From Tubiluchus corallicola (lineage: Eukaryota; Animalia; Priapulida): a stretch of 27,579 nt of DNA. Within the stretch, counting starts at the first letter, position 1. Each line of letters begins with the position of its first letter. The position numbers and the translations under genes were made by a program. Below are positions 11,223 through 22,390 of the stretch, in pieces. The notes under the pieces are model-generated. The model did not search any database, had not been told where the DNA came from, and saw only the letters and a program-made list of their open reading frames with translations. The DNA lies in contig JAQGDQ010000977.1 in the NCBI GenBank assembly GCA_030141605.1, positions 1 through 27,579 on the forward strand. The letters run 5' to 3'.

Positions 11223-11735
11223 ATACACAAAAATGGTAAACATAATCAACAGTAGTAAACAAAAGTTAGAGTAAATCCATCAGCCAATATATCATGGCAC
11301 CTGAGTCAAAACGTTATTTTAACCTCACAACTGTTTAAGCCTATTGCTTGTCCTCTAATCTTGCTACCAAGTGTGAAAAACTACAACATTCACAGAGAAG
11401 CCAAGTAACCCAGTTCCATACAAACATACAGCAGTAGCAAGTACATACATAAATTGGGAACTTCCAAGTATACAAACAAATCAAAATTAATAATAAAAGC
11501 GACATCACTGATGTAAACTTTCCACAAACTACTGCCCTACTTCTGCTAGCACATCTTTCTGCCAGTCATGTGTGATCTAACCTTTCTCCCTGTTGTTTTG
11601 TTCACTCATCCATTCTTTTTTATCTGGTTCACATGACAGTGGGCTTATACAAGCCTTTGCTTCTCTAGCTCCACTGCAGTACAATTATTCTTTTATGATA
11701 ATGATAGTGTATGAAACAATAATTTATTACAGTAT

Positions 11736-12160
<425 letters not shown>

Positions 12161-13531
12161 GATAGTCGCCTCGTATTTAATGTCACTATACTATTGTAAT
12201 GAATGTGATAATAATATAACAACTTTAAACTAAATGTATTTAAGTTAAGACTTCTTTGGCTATTAGCTACCATCATGTGTAGCAAAAGATTATTTCAATT
12301 TGTCAATTGACCAATTTGCTGCTAAAAATTTTGTATGAAAGGTCATTATCTTTGCATAAATAATGTCAAATGTTGATCTGCAAACCAGAATTTTTTCATT
12401 ACTTAGTAATTAGGCTTTATATTAGCGAAACGAACATTTATAGAATTCTATTAGCAAATTTAACATACAGCAGCGTGAGGGGCATAGCCAGGTAAAGTTA
12501 GGGGGAGCAAACGTATAAAAAAGGTGCCGAAATTTTTTGTATATATACCACTCAATTTTTAACGCTTTGATTATTCATTTTAATTTTGTGTTTTAAATCA
12601 AAACACGGGGAACATACAGTTTTAAAGGAAGTACAAAATTGTTATTTTTTATTGAAAATTAAAACAATAAAATATTTACCGCAAGCTTAATAAATCTCAA
12701 AATATAATAATGTTGTTTAGTTATAAACTTAATGTGAAAACAAAATGAAATATTGTTGTAACAATACCATAGATATGGTTTGTGTAGATCAAAGATCTCG
12801 GTGATTGCTTAGCAGTGTTCTGCATTCTAGACTGTCTTGCTGTTCTGATCTTCTTTGTTTAAGTTCCTAATTAGTTTAATAAATATACTTTATTATGCAC
12901 GCATTTGTCTGGTTGCTAATATTATTGTAGTGTGTAACAATTGTGAAAAACGGATGATAAAGGAAGTACATTCTTTACATTGTACAATTAAATGGCACCG
13001 ATTTTGAAGCATATAAGAAGACTTGTCTTTCATTACAAAAACCTTTACAATTCGCAGGACCCTGGGGCTGTGTGGTAAGTAAGTTTATTAGTTTATCACC
13101 ATTTTAAAATTAGCAAAATACATAACTAAGAGATTTATAAATCTGTACAACATACAATAATATTACAAAGTGCAAAAGTAATTATTGATTAGTGGTAAAA
13201 AGGTGGCGAAAGAACTCTATAAGTTATCCAGGTCAGCCACCCTCTCAGAATTGTTACTAATATAATTAATTCGCATGCACCAGGTAATTAGAAATGATCA
13301 GATTTTGCATTTAAGATGAATGAAAATTGAATTATTATACGAATGTGTTAGTTTATAATAAAATTATGCTCAATAATGGGAAAGAAGTGACACACGTGAC
13401 TATCTTTAAATAATGATCACCATTACGTATTTAAAATTAATGTCATGAGGAGTAGAGGAAAGAAAAGTATCTTAAAATTCTTTAGGATTCTGTGGGAAGT
13501 TTTCTTTCGTTTGTTTATTCTCCCCGAGGGG

Positions 13532-13720
13532 AGTGGGCCGATCCTGGAAGTACTGCAATACCAGGCCAACCCGTGGAGGTGGGAGAGCAAGCTCTGGCCA
13601 CACCTCCCAATACCAAAAATCAGTTTAATATTCTGGTCCCTCATTGAGGGACGTATCAGATATTAAGCTGATAAGAACAGATACTACACTTTGATCTTAG
13701 CCAAAAGGCCGAGAAGCGAT
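13532..13720 (-). ncRNA. U2: U2 spliceosomal snRNA
   Basis: The - strand begins ATCGCTTCTCGGCCTTTTGGCTAAGATCAAAGTGTAGTATCTGTTCTT (intact GTAGTA branch-recognition sequence). Perfect stem IIb GTCCCTC/GAGGGAC, Sm site ATTTTTG, paired stem III, and stem-loop IV with loop ATTGCAGT; ~189 nt. Confidence 0.98.
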
Positions 13721-13742
13721 GGCATTGAAAAGATGTACCTGA

Positions 13743-13780
13743 TATTTATAGGAACGTGTTGCGGCATCAGCTTGTGGTGT
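13743..13780 (-). promoter_or_regulatory. U2 promoter: TATA box (-30 to -23) and candidate PSE (from about -59)
   Basis: TATAAATA on the - strand at 13743-13750; CACCACAAGCTGATG starting at 13779, at the usual PSE distance with only a weak consensus match. Confidence 0.5.
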
Positions 13781-14042
13781 GCTAAGGAGATATTCGTTGT
13801 GGCTGATGATTGTTTCCGTTTTCTGTGACATTTGTAATTTTGTTCAATAACTCTGCCGTAAAGCATGAACTAAGCAATGCGCTGCTGCAGTTACGCGGTT
13901 ACAAATCGGTTTTGTAGCACATTTTTACTAATATAACGTCAAAATTTGACTTGCTGTGACACCTAGCGGCAGGAATAAGAACTTGTTTTTAATTGACTAT
14001 TCTACTCTCACGGAAACAAGCAGCGCAAACCGTTAAAGACCT

Positions 14043-14311
<269 letters not shown>

Positions 14312-14890
14312 TGAGCTCGCGCAGAAATGGTAATTGATAGGCTTTCATCTGCGAATGCACTGCGGCTGCGCAGGCGTAATCAATTGAGAGAGATCTTAAA
14401 ATAATAAATTCGAATTTATAATTTTTGAAGCAATCTCGTAAAATTTTCATTTATAGGGCTGTTGAAGTTAAGTGACAAAAACTATAAATTTCTCACCGGG
14501 GGGGGGGGGGGATGATGCTGTATAATACATGTAATAAAGTTGCGCAGCATTCATAAAACTTGCCACCCCTTCGTGGAAATGGGACGAGCCGCGCGGATAT
14601 CCTAGCAACATGTAAACAGATTTGTACCAGCTCTACGGTAACATTAGCACGCCGGTACCTAAGCAATTACTAAGTGAATATTGATTACGTCTTTGTGAGC
14701 GTCTGTTTCACATTTATACGGTGTTTTTGTGCCCAAATATATATGCGCACTATCGCCAGTACTGCCAAGATGTCTGAACTCACGTCAATTTGTGCAAAAC
14801 GTGAAGTGAATCTATGAAAAAAGCGGTTTTTGTTGATGTGTGAACTATATTGTAGGCTGTGAGTGAGCATATAGTTATCTTCCTAGTTCG

Positions 14891-16011
14891 TAAGTAATAA
14901 TTACCTAGATATAGAAGATTAAAAGATAAGTAATAGTTACCTAGATATGGAAGATTAAAAGATAAGTAATAGTTACCTAGATATGGAAGATTAAAATATA
15001 AGTAATAGTTACCTAGATATGGAAGATTAAAATATAAGTAATAGTTACCTAGATATGGAAGATTAAAATATAAGTAATAGTTACCTAGATATGGAAGATT
15101 AAAATATAAGTAATAGTTACCTAGATATGGAAGATTAAAATATAAGTAACAGTTACCTAGATATGGAAGATTAAAATATAAGTAATAGTTACCTAGATAT
15201 GGAAGATTAAAATATAAGTAATAATTACCTAGATATGGAAGATTAAAATATAAGTAATAATTACCTAGATATGGAAGATTAAAATATAAGTAATAGTTAC
15301 CTAGATATAGAAGATTAAAATATAAGTAATAGTTACCTAGATATGGAAGATTAAAATATAAGTAATAGTTACCTAGATATGGAAGATTAAAATATAAGTA
15401 ATAGTTACCTAGATATGGAAGATTAAAATATAAGTAATAGTTACCTAGATATGGAAGATTAAAATATAAGTAACAGTTACCTAGATATGGAAGATTAAAA
15501 TATAAGTAATAGTTACCTAGATATGGAAGATTAAAATATAAGTAACAGTTACCTAGATATAGAAGATTAAAATATAAGTAATAATTACCTAGATATGGAA
15601 GATTAAAATATAAGTAACAGTTACCTAGATATAGAAGATTAAAATATAAGTAACAGTTACCTAGATATAGAAGATTAAAATATAAGTAACAGTTACCTAG
15701 ATATGGAAGATTAAAATATAAGTAATAATTACCTAGATATAGAAGATTATAATATAAGTAATAATTACCTAGATATAGAAGATTAAAATATAAGTAATAG
15801 TTACCTAGATATAGAAGATTAAAATATAAGTAATAGTTACCTAGATATAGAAGATTATAATATAAGTAATAATTACCTAGATATAGAAGATTAAAATATA
15901 AGTAATAGTTACCTAGATATAGAAGATTAAAATATAAGTAATAGTTACCTAGATATGGAAGATTAAAATATAAGTAATAGTTACCTAGATATAGAAGACT
16001 AAAAGATAAGT
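14891..16011. repeat. 36-bp minisatellite, ~31 copies (one more unit at ~16273-16311)
   Basis: Unit AAGTAATAGTTACCTAGATAT(G/A)GAAGATTAAAATAT. Confidence 0.97.
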
Positions 16012-16274
16012 TTTTTATTACACGATTCACTTTAAATTTTCAGATTATTTCCATTACTTTTTTTCTTTCACTGTGTGGGACAATCTAACAAGCCCTGCTT
16101 TTTGATTGCCCGCAACACATTTACCTTCGTGTATAGGTGAACAGTGTTTGAGGCTTTTCCTGTGCAGTATTTCTTATTTGTATTATATCCATTGTAGGCC
16201 CTTTCACTAGATATTGTACATGAAACTATTGTAAATGTGTAATGTGAAATTAATGTCTTATGGCTTATGACTTA
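16012..16274 (+). mobile_element. 5'-truncated non-LTR retroelement 3' end with (GACTTAT)n-type tail, inserted in the 36-bp array
   Basis: Reverse-complement match to 25141-25399; tandem 7-mer tail; interrupts the minisatellite. Confidence 0.65.
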
Positions 16275-16483
16275 AGTAATAATTACCTAGATATGGAAGA
16301 TTGAAAGATAAGACGTATTACTTATTGTAAAGTTTAACTATGTATATAATTTTTGTTTTAAACAATACCATAAAAAGGAATTTTTCAAGTACAGGAAATC
16401 GAAATCTTACACGGTGGCCGGAAAAAAATGTGACTTATTAAAAGTAAATACATTAATTCCCATGTCAGTGATTTCCGGGTGCC

Positions 16484-16688
16484 ATGGGAGACGACTCGTC
16501 CCTCGAGAGAAGTTTAGAGGTGATCCAGTTATCGGCAAGGATGTTGCCGGGAGAGAAGCTGGGTCACGTGTCACAAATTGAACCGGGTTGGGGAGAAAAG
16601 TTGACGGACATCTTTACCGTCGATGGTAACAGCTGCGATGCCACGTTGACCCACGATACCATCTGCTGGACGCTCATCGGTAACTCGG
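16484..16688 (+). CDS. CERKL: Ceramide kinase-like protein, coding exon 1 (start of PH domain)
   Basis: GCCATGG Kozak context; ...KLTDIFTVDGNSCDATLTHDTICWTLIGNS resembles CERKL IF...SCD..L....W..I; donor gtaagt at 16689 (phase 1). Confidence 0.75.
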
Positions 16689-16715
16689 GTAAGTTGCACA
16701 GATGGCGCGTTTTAA

Positions 16716-17193
16716 AGGCCTACATAACCCAAAATGGCCGACAAGAAGATGGCCGACCAAAGTAAGCCTCAGAAAATTCGTAATAATAATTATATCACCT
16801 AAGTATAATCTTAAGCGAATAAAGTACTCACGTTTTCGCATTTACTCCAATTTTTGTAAAATATTTCAACCGCTGCAGTAAACGTTGGCGCAGACATGTT
16901 GCATTCAGTCCGCCAAATGAAAAGCCAGCACGTGACTGATCACGTGGCATGACATCACTGGAACGCAGTCGCAGTGAGTTCTGAGCACGTGTACTATAAA
17001 GATTTGCGTTGTGGTTCTGTGACGTCATCTAATATGGCGCCACCGTGACAGCGTCGCGGGAGTATTTAAAATGAAAACAAACAGGAAATTCTTTTAGCGT
17101 GAGTACGATAAACGCTTAAGATTGCCTCTAACCGTTATAATTCTTTAGCGAAAGTTTTCTGAGACTTGCTTTAACTAGGCATTTTCTTGTCCT
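16716..17193. mobile_element. Kolobok-like non-autonomous DNA transposon
   Basis: TTAA|AGG...CCT|TTAA boundaries; imperfect inverted repeats ~90 bp (16740-16832 vs 17098-17191), sharing CTCAGAAAA, AATCTTAAGCG and GTACTCACG. Confidence 0.6.
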
Positions 17194-17551
17194 TTAACGC
17201 ATTATTATGATCACACAAACAATTTATAGTTATTTTTAACACGGGTGCCGGCAGAAAAAAGTTTTCATGGCTAAATAACTTTTTTAGCAGTAATCCAAGA
17301 ACCACATCAACACCGTGTGCAGTATTTGTGGGGGGTAGAGAGCCCCGCTGACAATGTTCTAATTGGGCCCTTCACTTCATAATAGCACCGGCCCTGGGAC
17401 ACACAAAACTTATTCGAAAAAGTCTTTACGATAAACTGTTTCAAGCCTTTTCAAGTAGTATAATGAGTCGTGACTGCAAAAACAAAAAATGTTTTTTTTA
17501 ATTATTTAACTGTGTTTATTTAAATATTTATTTGTTTTCTTTTCCTTTTAG

Positions 17552-17644
17552 CCAAAAAATCTAAAGACAAGTTAAAGAAAGGGGAAATTCACTCAGTTCC
17601 AATGGACCATATTTATGCTGTCCAGTACAAACGGTTGTCGGCAG
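17552..17644 (+). CDS. CERKL: Ceramide kinase-like protein, coding exon 2 (PH domain)
   Basis: Strong polypyrimidine tract with ttttag; (A)KKSKDKLKKGEIHSVPMDHIYAVQYKRLSA; donor gtaaac; 93 bp, phase 1-1. Confidence 0.75.
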
Positions 17645-17658
17645 GTAAACTAGTTTAA

Positions 17659-18206
17659 AGGAAAACCGGATGATTGTGTAAACACGAGTTCAGAATAAAG
17701 AATGCTCTAAAATATTGAAAACTACAATAGTTTTTTTAAATCAAAGCTTAGATTAAATAATAATTACCTCGGATACTCAAATTTTGTTAAACTTTCAAAG
17801 CTACGCGCGGTTCAATGAATCTACTAAGATTGGCAGCGTCGCCTTTTTGTCACATTCGCCTGGCCGACAAATAGAAGGCGGTACTGTGATAAGCATGATC
17901 ATGAACTGCAGTGTTAGTTTCTGACGTCATATGATGTAAAGCCCATTTTCGTGACATCATGCGTTTAAGCAGTACTATAAAACTTACGCAAACGTGCTTG
18001 ACGCGCAAGGAAGATACCTGCCATTGCACAAACTGTGGTTAGTTTCTGACGTAAGCAATAGCCGTGTTCGGTTGCCGTTAATCAACTTTCTAAGCTAATT
18101 ATTCAAAAATGCAAGGAACAACTGCTAACTTTTACAGGCAAGAAAATGTATATTTTGGACAGTAAATTAAAATGAGATTGAATCTAAACAGTCGTCCGGT
18201 CTTCCT
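17659..18206. mobile_element. Kolobok-like MITE
   Basis: TTAA TSD (17655-17658, 18207-18210); TIRs AGGAA(A/G)ACCGGA(T/C)GA(T/C)TGT. Confidence 0.75.
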
Positions 18207-18833
18207 TTAACTACAGTTGTTTAAAGCAAAAAACAAATCGCTCAGTATATTGGGTTTATTTTACTACTATCACTTAAACTTAGAAAATTATAACAAAGAA
18301 ATTTGCAAAGAACCGTCTATAAAGCATAAATTTAAAATATGCAATTTAAAATATATTGTTTTAATACTGTGTAAAACGAAACAAACATACGAAATTTTGT
18401 ACACAAACTTGCTAAAAGCCTAAACAAAAAATATTTAAATAAACGATAAATTGTTGCGGCTCAAGCTTGATCCATTCACGGTAAACATGTGACAACTGAC
18501 AACAAAACTGTGTGAGCAACAGTACTTTTTCTACCTGCACTCAGATAATGCACACACATCCACACATGCGCGCATCAGCCAAACACCACGTTGCTGGAGC
18601 TGTACAGCAAACAGTACTACCCTCACGTGCTCTGGTTCTGTACAAGTATAAAGAAAGAACTAAAGAAAAAAGACTTATCATATTGAATATTATCGATAAT
18701 ATTGAGTGTAAGTAGGGGGTGCTGCAGTTCCACACAGTACCTATACATGAGCCGCCACTGGTATGCTTTGTAAGGCAGGTTTGCAGAGCTGTGGTACATT
18801 ACAATCGTAAGTAATATTGTATCTTGTATGCAG

Positions 18834-19004
18834 GAAGGTCAAAGGATGAATTCGCGGAAGGTGTCCTGCTTGGCTTCAATCTCTCTGTGGTGGAAACAGA
18901 TGTGAAAGAGCCGTGTAGGTTGAAGACTAGAACTATTGCTTTTGATTGTGCCTGTCAGATTGTATGCGAGCGCTGGGTGAAGCGGATAAAACGACTTATC
19001 GAAG
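18834..19004 (+). CDS. CERKL: Ceramide kinase-like protein, coding exon 3 (end of PH domain)
   Basis: tgcag acceptor; (G)RSKDEFAEGVLLGFNLSVVETDVKEPCRLKTRTIAFDCACQIVCERWVKRIKRLIE with the PH C-terminal helix Trp; donor gtacgt; 171 bp. Confidence 0.85.
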
Positions 19005-19190
19005 GTACGTCAAGGTAACATATCTTAACATTTCTTCAAAAACGGAAGAGTTTTACAACCAGAATAGAAGTGAAATCTGCATTAAATAGCAGTGAGTGGT
19101 TGACCAAAGCATGCAAGCAGCTAGGTGGTCGGGGTAGAGCTGTAAGCTTCCGCATTGGGGTCCGGTCTGCTGGGCCGGTAACGTGTATAG

Positions 19191-19649
19191 CAGGGGTGTG
19201 CAAATTGCGGCCCGCAAAGAGATTTGTCAACCTAATGAAAGTGCGGCCCAGGCGATTAATTGAGTATATCCAGCTGAAGTCCGTGCCACGATTCCAAAGA
19301 TAGTGCGGATAGTTTTTTCTACTAGATCGGATGCCATTAACCCTTACAAGATGGTTGTAGCTTAATGTCACTGTACTACACAGACTGTGTGATACACATT
19401 ACTAATATGAATTGTAATGAAATTACCACTACCTGTCCTGAAAGTAGAAATATATGGTTTGTAATATAAATTTTAATAACTTCTAAAATAGTTTCTTGAG
19501 TGTAGTAGTGATGATGTACGCAGGTCGGATGCAAAAAAATCGTTATTAGGCCTTTCTGTACTTCGTTCCTTGATCAAACTGCCTGTGGCCCGCAGGAATT
19601 CCGGGAAAGTTTAATGTGGCCCGGCTAATCAGATAATTTGCACACCCTG
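19191..19649 (-). mobile_element. hAT MITE, family B, copy 2 (inverted)
   Basis: Reverse complement of 5260-5740; TIRs CAGGGGTGTGCAAATT / AATTTGCACACCCTG; flanking 8-mers do not match. Confidence 0.92.
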
Positions 19650-19761
19650 AGCTAGGTGGTCGGGGTAGCGCTGTAAGCTTCCGCATCGCGGTTTTGATCT
19701 GCTTTGACTGGTAACGTGTCTAGCATGAGAACGCTTCTGCATTATTGAAAGTAGTGCTGAT

Positions 19762-19846
19762 GGTAAAGGAAGCCAGGTAAAGAAAGCCAGGTAAAGGAAG
19801 CCATGTAAAGGAAGCCAGGTAAAGGAAGCCAGGCAAGGAAGCCAGG
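19762..19846. repeat. 14-bp tandem repeat, ~6 copies
   Basis: Unit GGTAAAGGAAGCCA. Confidence 0.85.
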
Positions 19847-19902
19847 CGATGTTGCAAACTCGTGTGTGAAGTTGCAGAATGTGTAAGGACTGAAAATTGA
19901 TT

Positions 19903-20030
19903 CGTGTGCACGTGTGAAAGACTTAAAATGCGTGTGGCACGTGTGAAAGACTTAAAATGCGTGTGACACGTGTGAAAGACTTAAAATGCGTGTGGCACGT
20001 GTGAAAGACTTAAATGCATGTGACACGTGC
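19903..20030. repeat. 29-bp tandem repeat, ~4.4 copies, each containing CACGTG
   Basis: Unit GCACGTGTGAAAGACTTAAAATGCGTGTG. Confidence 0.9.
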
Positions 20031-20110
20031 CTAATACACGAGAGTTCACAGATCAGAAAATGGAACGTATGCCTTCATAATTTAACGATTCGTTTGTTCG
20101 TTTTCTTCAG

Positions 20111-20242
20111 TATCAGAACGAAGACCAAAATACGCGAAAGTTTTTATTCAGCCGTACGCCGGAGCGGGGAAGGCGAAAGAGACGTACGAGCAACTGGTGT
20201 CTCCAATACTGCAGCAAGCTGAAGTAGAAGTAGACGTCACAG
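20111..20242 (+). CDS. CERKL: Ceramide kinase-like protein, coding exon 4 (start of DAGK-type catalytic domain)
   Basis: ttttcttcag acceptor; (V)SERRPKYAKVFIQPYAGAGKAKETYEQLVSPILQQAEVEVDVT aligns with CERK RPK.LLVFINPFGGKG.G..IYE..V.P; donor gtatga; 132 bp. Confidence 0.9.
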
Positions 20243-21094
20243 GTATGATTTCTGATTAAAGTAGATTGCACTATCAGCATGGAGCGGGCCAAAGTTTAGT
20301 TCACAAAAATACACTTAACAACACATGTTTTGAATTTGAGTTGATGGCTTCCCTCACTTACTTAATGTCATAAAAAATACCTAGTTTTTCTGCTGACAAA
20401 TCGTTTCATTTGGTGAGCACTTGTGAATAAAGTGAAGAAGATACACAAGTGTCGCGGGCGCTATAAGCCTTTTAACAGTTCCAGCGATTGATGATGATCG
20501 TGAAAAGGTCAAAGGTTAAGTGTACCAGACAACGCATTTGTGTTCACCTGACAATCTCTCAGTCCATGCTATTGTAATAGTAACAGTTTTAACAGTTAGC
20601 TAGAATCTTACCTAGTTCATTTTTTCTTGTTCCCAAGCAAAATCCTGCTAGTAAATCACTCTACGCGCAGACTGATGCATAATTGAGTAAAGTCCATGTA
20701 AAGCAACTGAAGTTACTGAACTGATGTGGCATTTGGCTTTACTTTACCCACATGTCATGTGACGGTTGTAGTTGACTTACTTGACAATAGCGCGTGCATA
20801 TAGCGAAACTGTGAAAAGGCTTGTTGAAGGTGTAAAACAGTTGCTACGTACCTCAAACACTTGCCGAAGCCTCGTGTGCAGGTAGAATTCAGTTCTGATC
20901 TTGTAAATGTAATGTTTATGGCGTACGTAATCTTACTCTTGTAATTTACACATTTTTTGGCATACAGGTGTTATAGAGAGCGCAGGCGTTACCCCCATTT
21001 TAGGCGGCTTACATATAGAATTATGACATAGGTTTTGTAGATGATTAATGTTTGTCGATGTTGTTTGTGTATCACTTGTACATATGTAAATATA

Positions 21095-21422
21095 CAGTCG
21101 ACCCTCGTTAAACCGAACCCCGTTAGCCCAGATATCGGATAAGACGGACGTCATCCGTGGTAAAGGAAACTAACCGGTTTCCGTCCGAGCCGGAGCGCTA
21201 AACACAACACGGTCTACCAACTGTACAATAATTTCTTTATCCTCACAGGTTAACTATTTTAAAGTAATATACAGTATAGTATATAGTGCAATGTTTATAC
21301 GCCTTATTTAGTTGATTATTCCTGTATAATATAGACCATATATAGGCATATCGGATAAATCGGACAATCGGGTAAACCGGACCACCCACCACCCCCAATT
21401 AGTCCGGTTTAACGAGGGTTTA

Positions 21423-21425
<3 letters not shown>
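21095..21425 (-). mobile_element. Tc1/mariner(pogo)-like MITE, family A, copy 3
   Basis: TA|CAGTCGACCCTCGTTAAACCG...CGGTTTAACGAGGGTTTACTG|TA; reverse complement of 8120-8459; followed by (TA)n at 21426-21477. Confidence 0.9.
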
Positions 21426-21478
<53 letters not shown>

Positions 21479-21599
21479 CCAGTTTATATAGGCAGAGTCT
21501 ACAGCAAGAACCTTATGCACTATCTAAGTATTTAACAGAAGCCAAATAGGTAATGATTAAGCAGGAACCTTGGATATTTTAGCGCTTCTGCTCGTTTAA

Positions 21600-22180
21600 C
21601 CCTTTCACTACGTTACTGCTTTTTAACCAGGTCATATTGACTTTGCACATTTGACAATAACTTCTTGTGGTGTGTTACTAAAACACAATCTTGTAAATAA
21701 ACAAGTAGTTGTTGGTTATTGAGTACTAATATTAAATATTAGTTTTGTTTCTACTTATGCGTGCACATACGAGCACGCATACACACGCACGCACCCATGC
21801 AAACACACACATGCACACACTCACAAAACACACAATACTAATCCGTAATATACAATCATTTTTAATGCAAAACAGTCAACTGAACATATGTCTCATCAAT
21901 GATCTACAAGTGATTCTGCGTGAGAACATATCATACAGTACAGTATTGTGGACTGCCCCTGGCTTCAGGCACTGATTGGTTGGTTAGCATTACTTGTTGC
22001 GAAGCAACCCCAATCCCACGGCTGTTAAACTTTTCTACAATGTTTTTGCAATGCATCAGTGAAATAAACAGACGTGGGTGATTGCGCTTAGTGCTGAGCT
22101 TGGACTTTGGCAGTCTGCCACCTTCCTTCCCTTGCACGAAAAACATAAGTGACAGTGTGCCTCCTTCCGTAGTGAAAGGG
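21600..22180. mobile_element. piggyBac-like MITE
   Basis: TTAA|CCCTTTCACTACG ... CGTAGTGAAAGGG|TTAA: perfect 13-bp TIR and TTAA TSD. Confidence 0.85.
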
Positions 22181-22390
22181 TTAAGGTATGAAATTTGTTT
22201 ACTCTAGTGGCTTTTTCTTTCAACAAGTTCTTATAAAATTACAGGAAGTTTCCATTTTTCTCTCATCGTTGCGTTAAATTTCACTAGATATTTTGCAGGG
22301 CAAGCCTCAGTACCACTACACCACCGGTTGAAGTTCTTATGTATAAAATCGATTGCTTTCTGATAACGGGTTTTTAATGTTTATTTGCAG

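Larger units (their letters stand above)
7975..11424 (+). repeat. Segmental duplication, downstream copy (matches 1-1978)
   Basis: Direct alignment with the window start; it is longer because the 59-bp array is expanded. Confidence 0.97.

Noticed and set aside
13532-13720. U2 as a retro-pseudogene
   Set aside because: Full length, stems pair correctly, and there is no poly(A) tail or evident TSD.
14780-16030. 416-aa LYLGNYYLYFN repeat ORF, superficially like a leucine-rich repeat
   Set aside because: A 36-bp unit divisible by 3 with no stop on that strand; near-identical DNA units without a synonymous-change pattern.
16484-16501. N-myristoylation signal (MG...) as in CERK
   Set aside because: Acidic residues at positions 3-4 (MGDDSS) disfavour it; not supportable from sequence.
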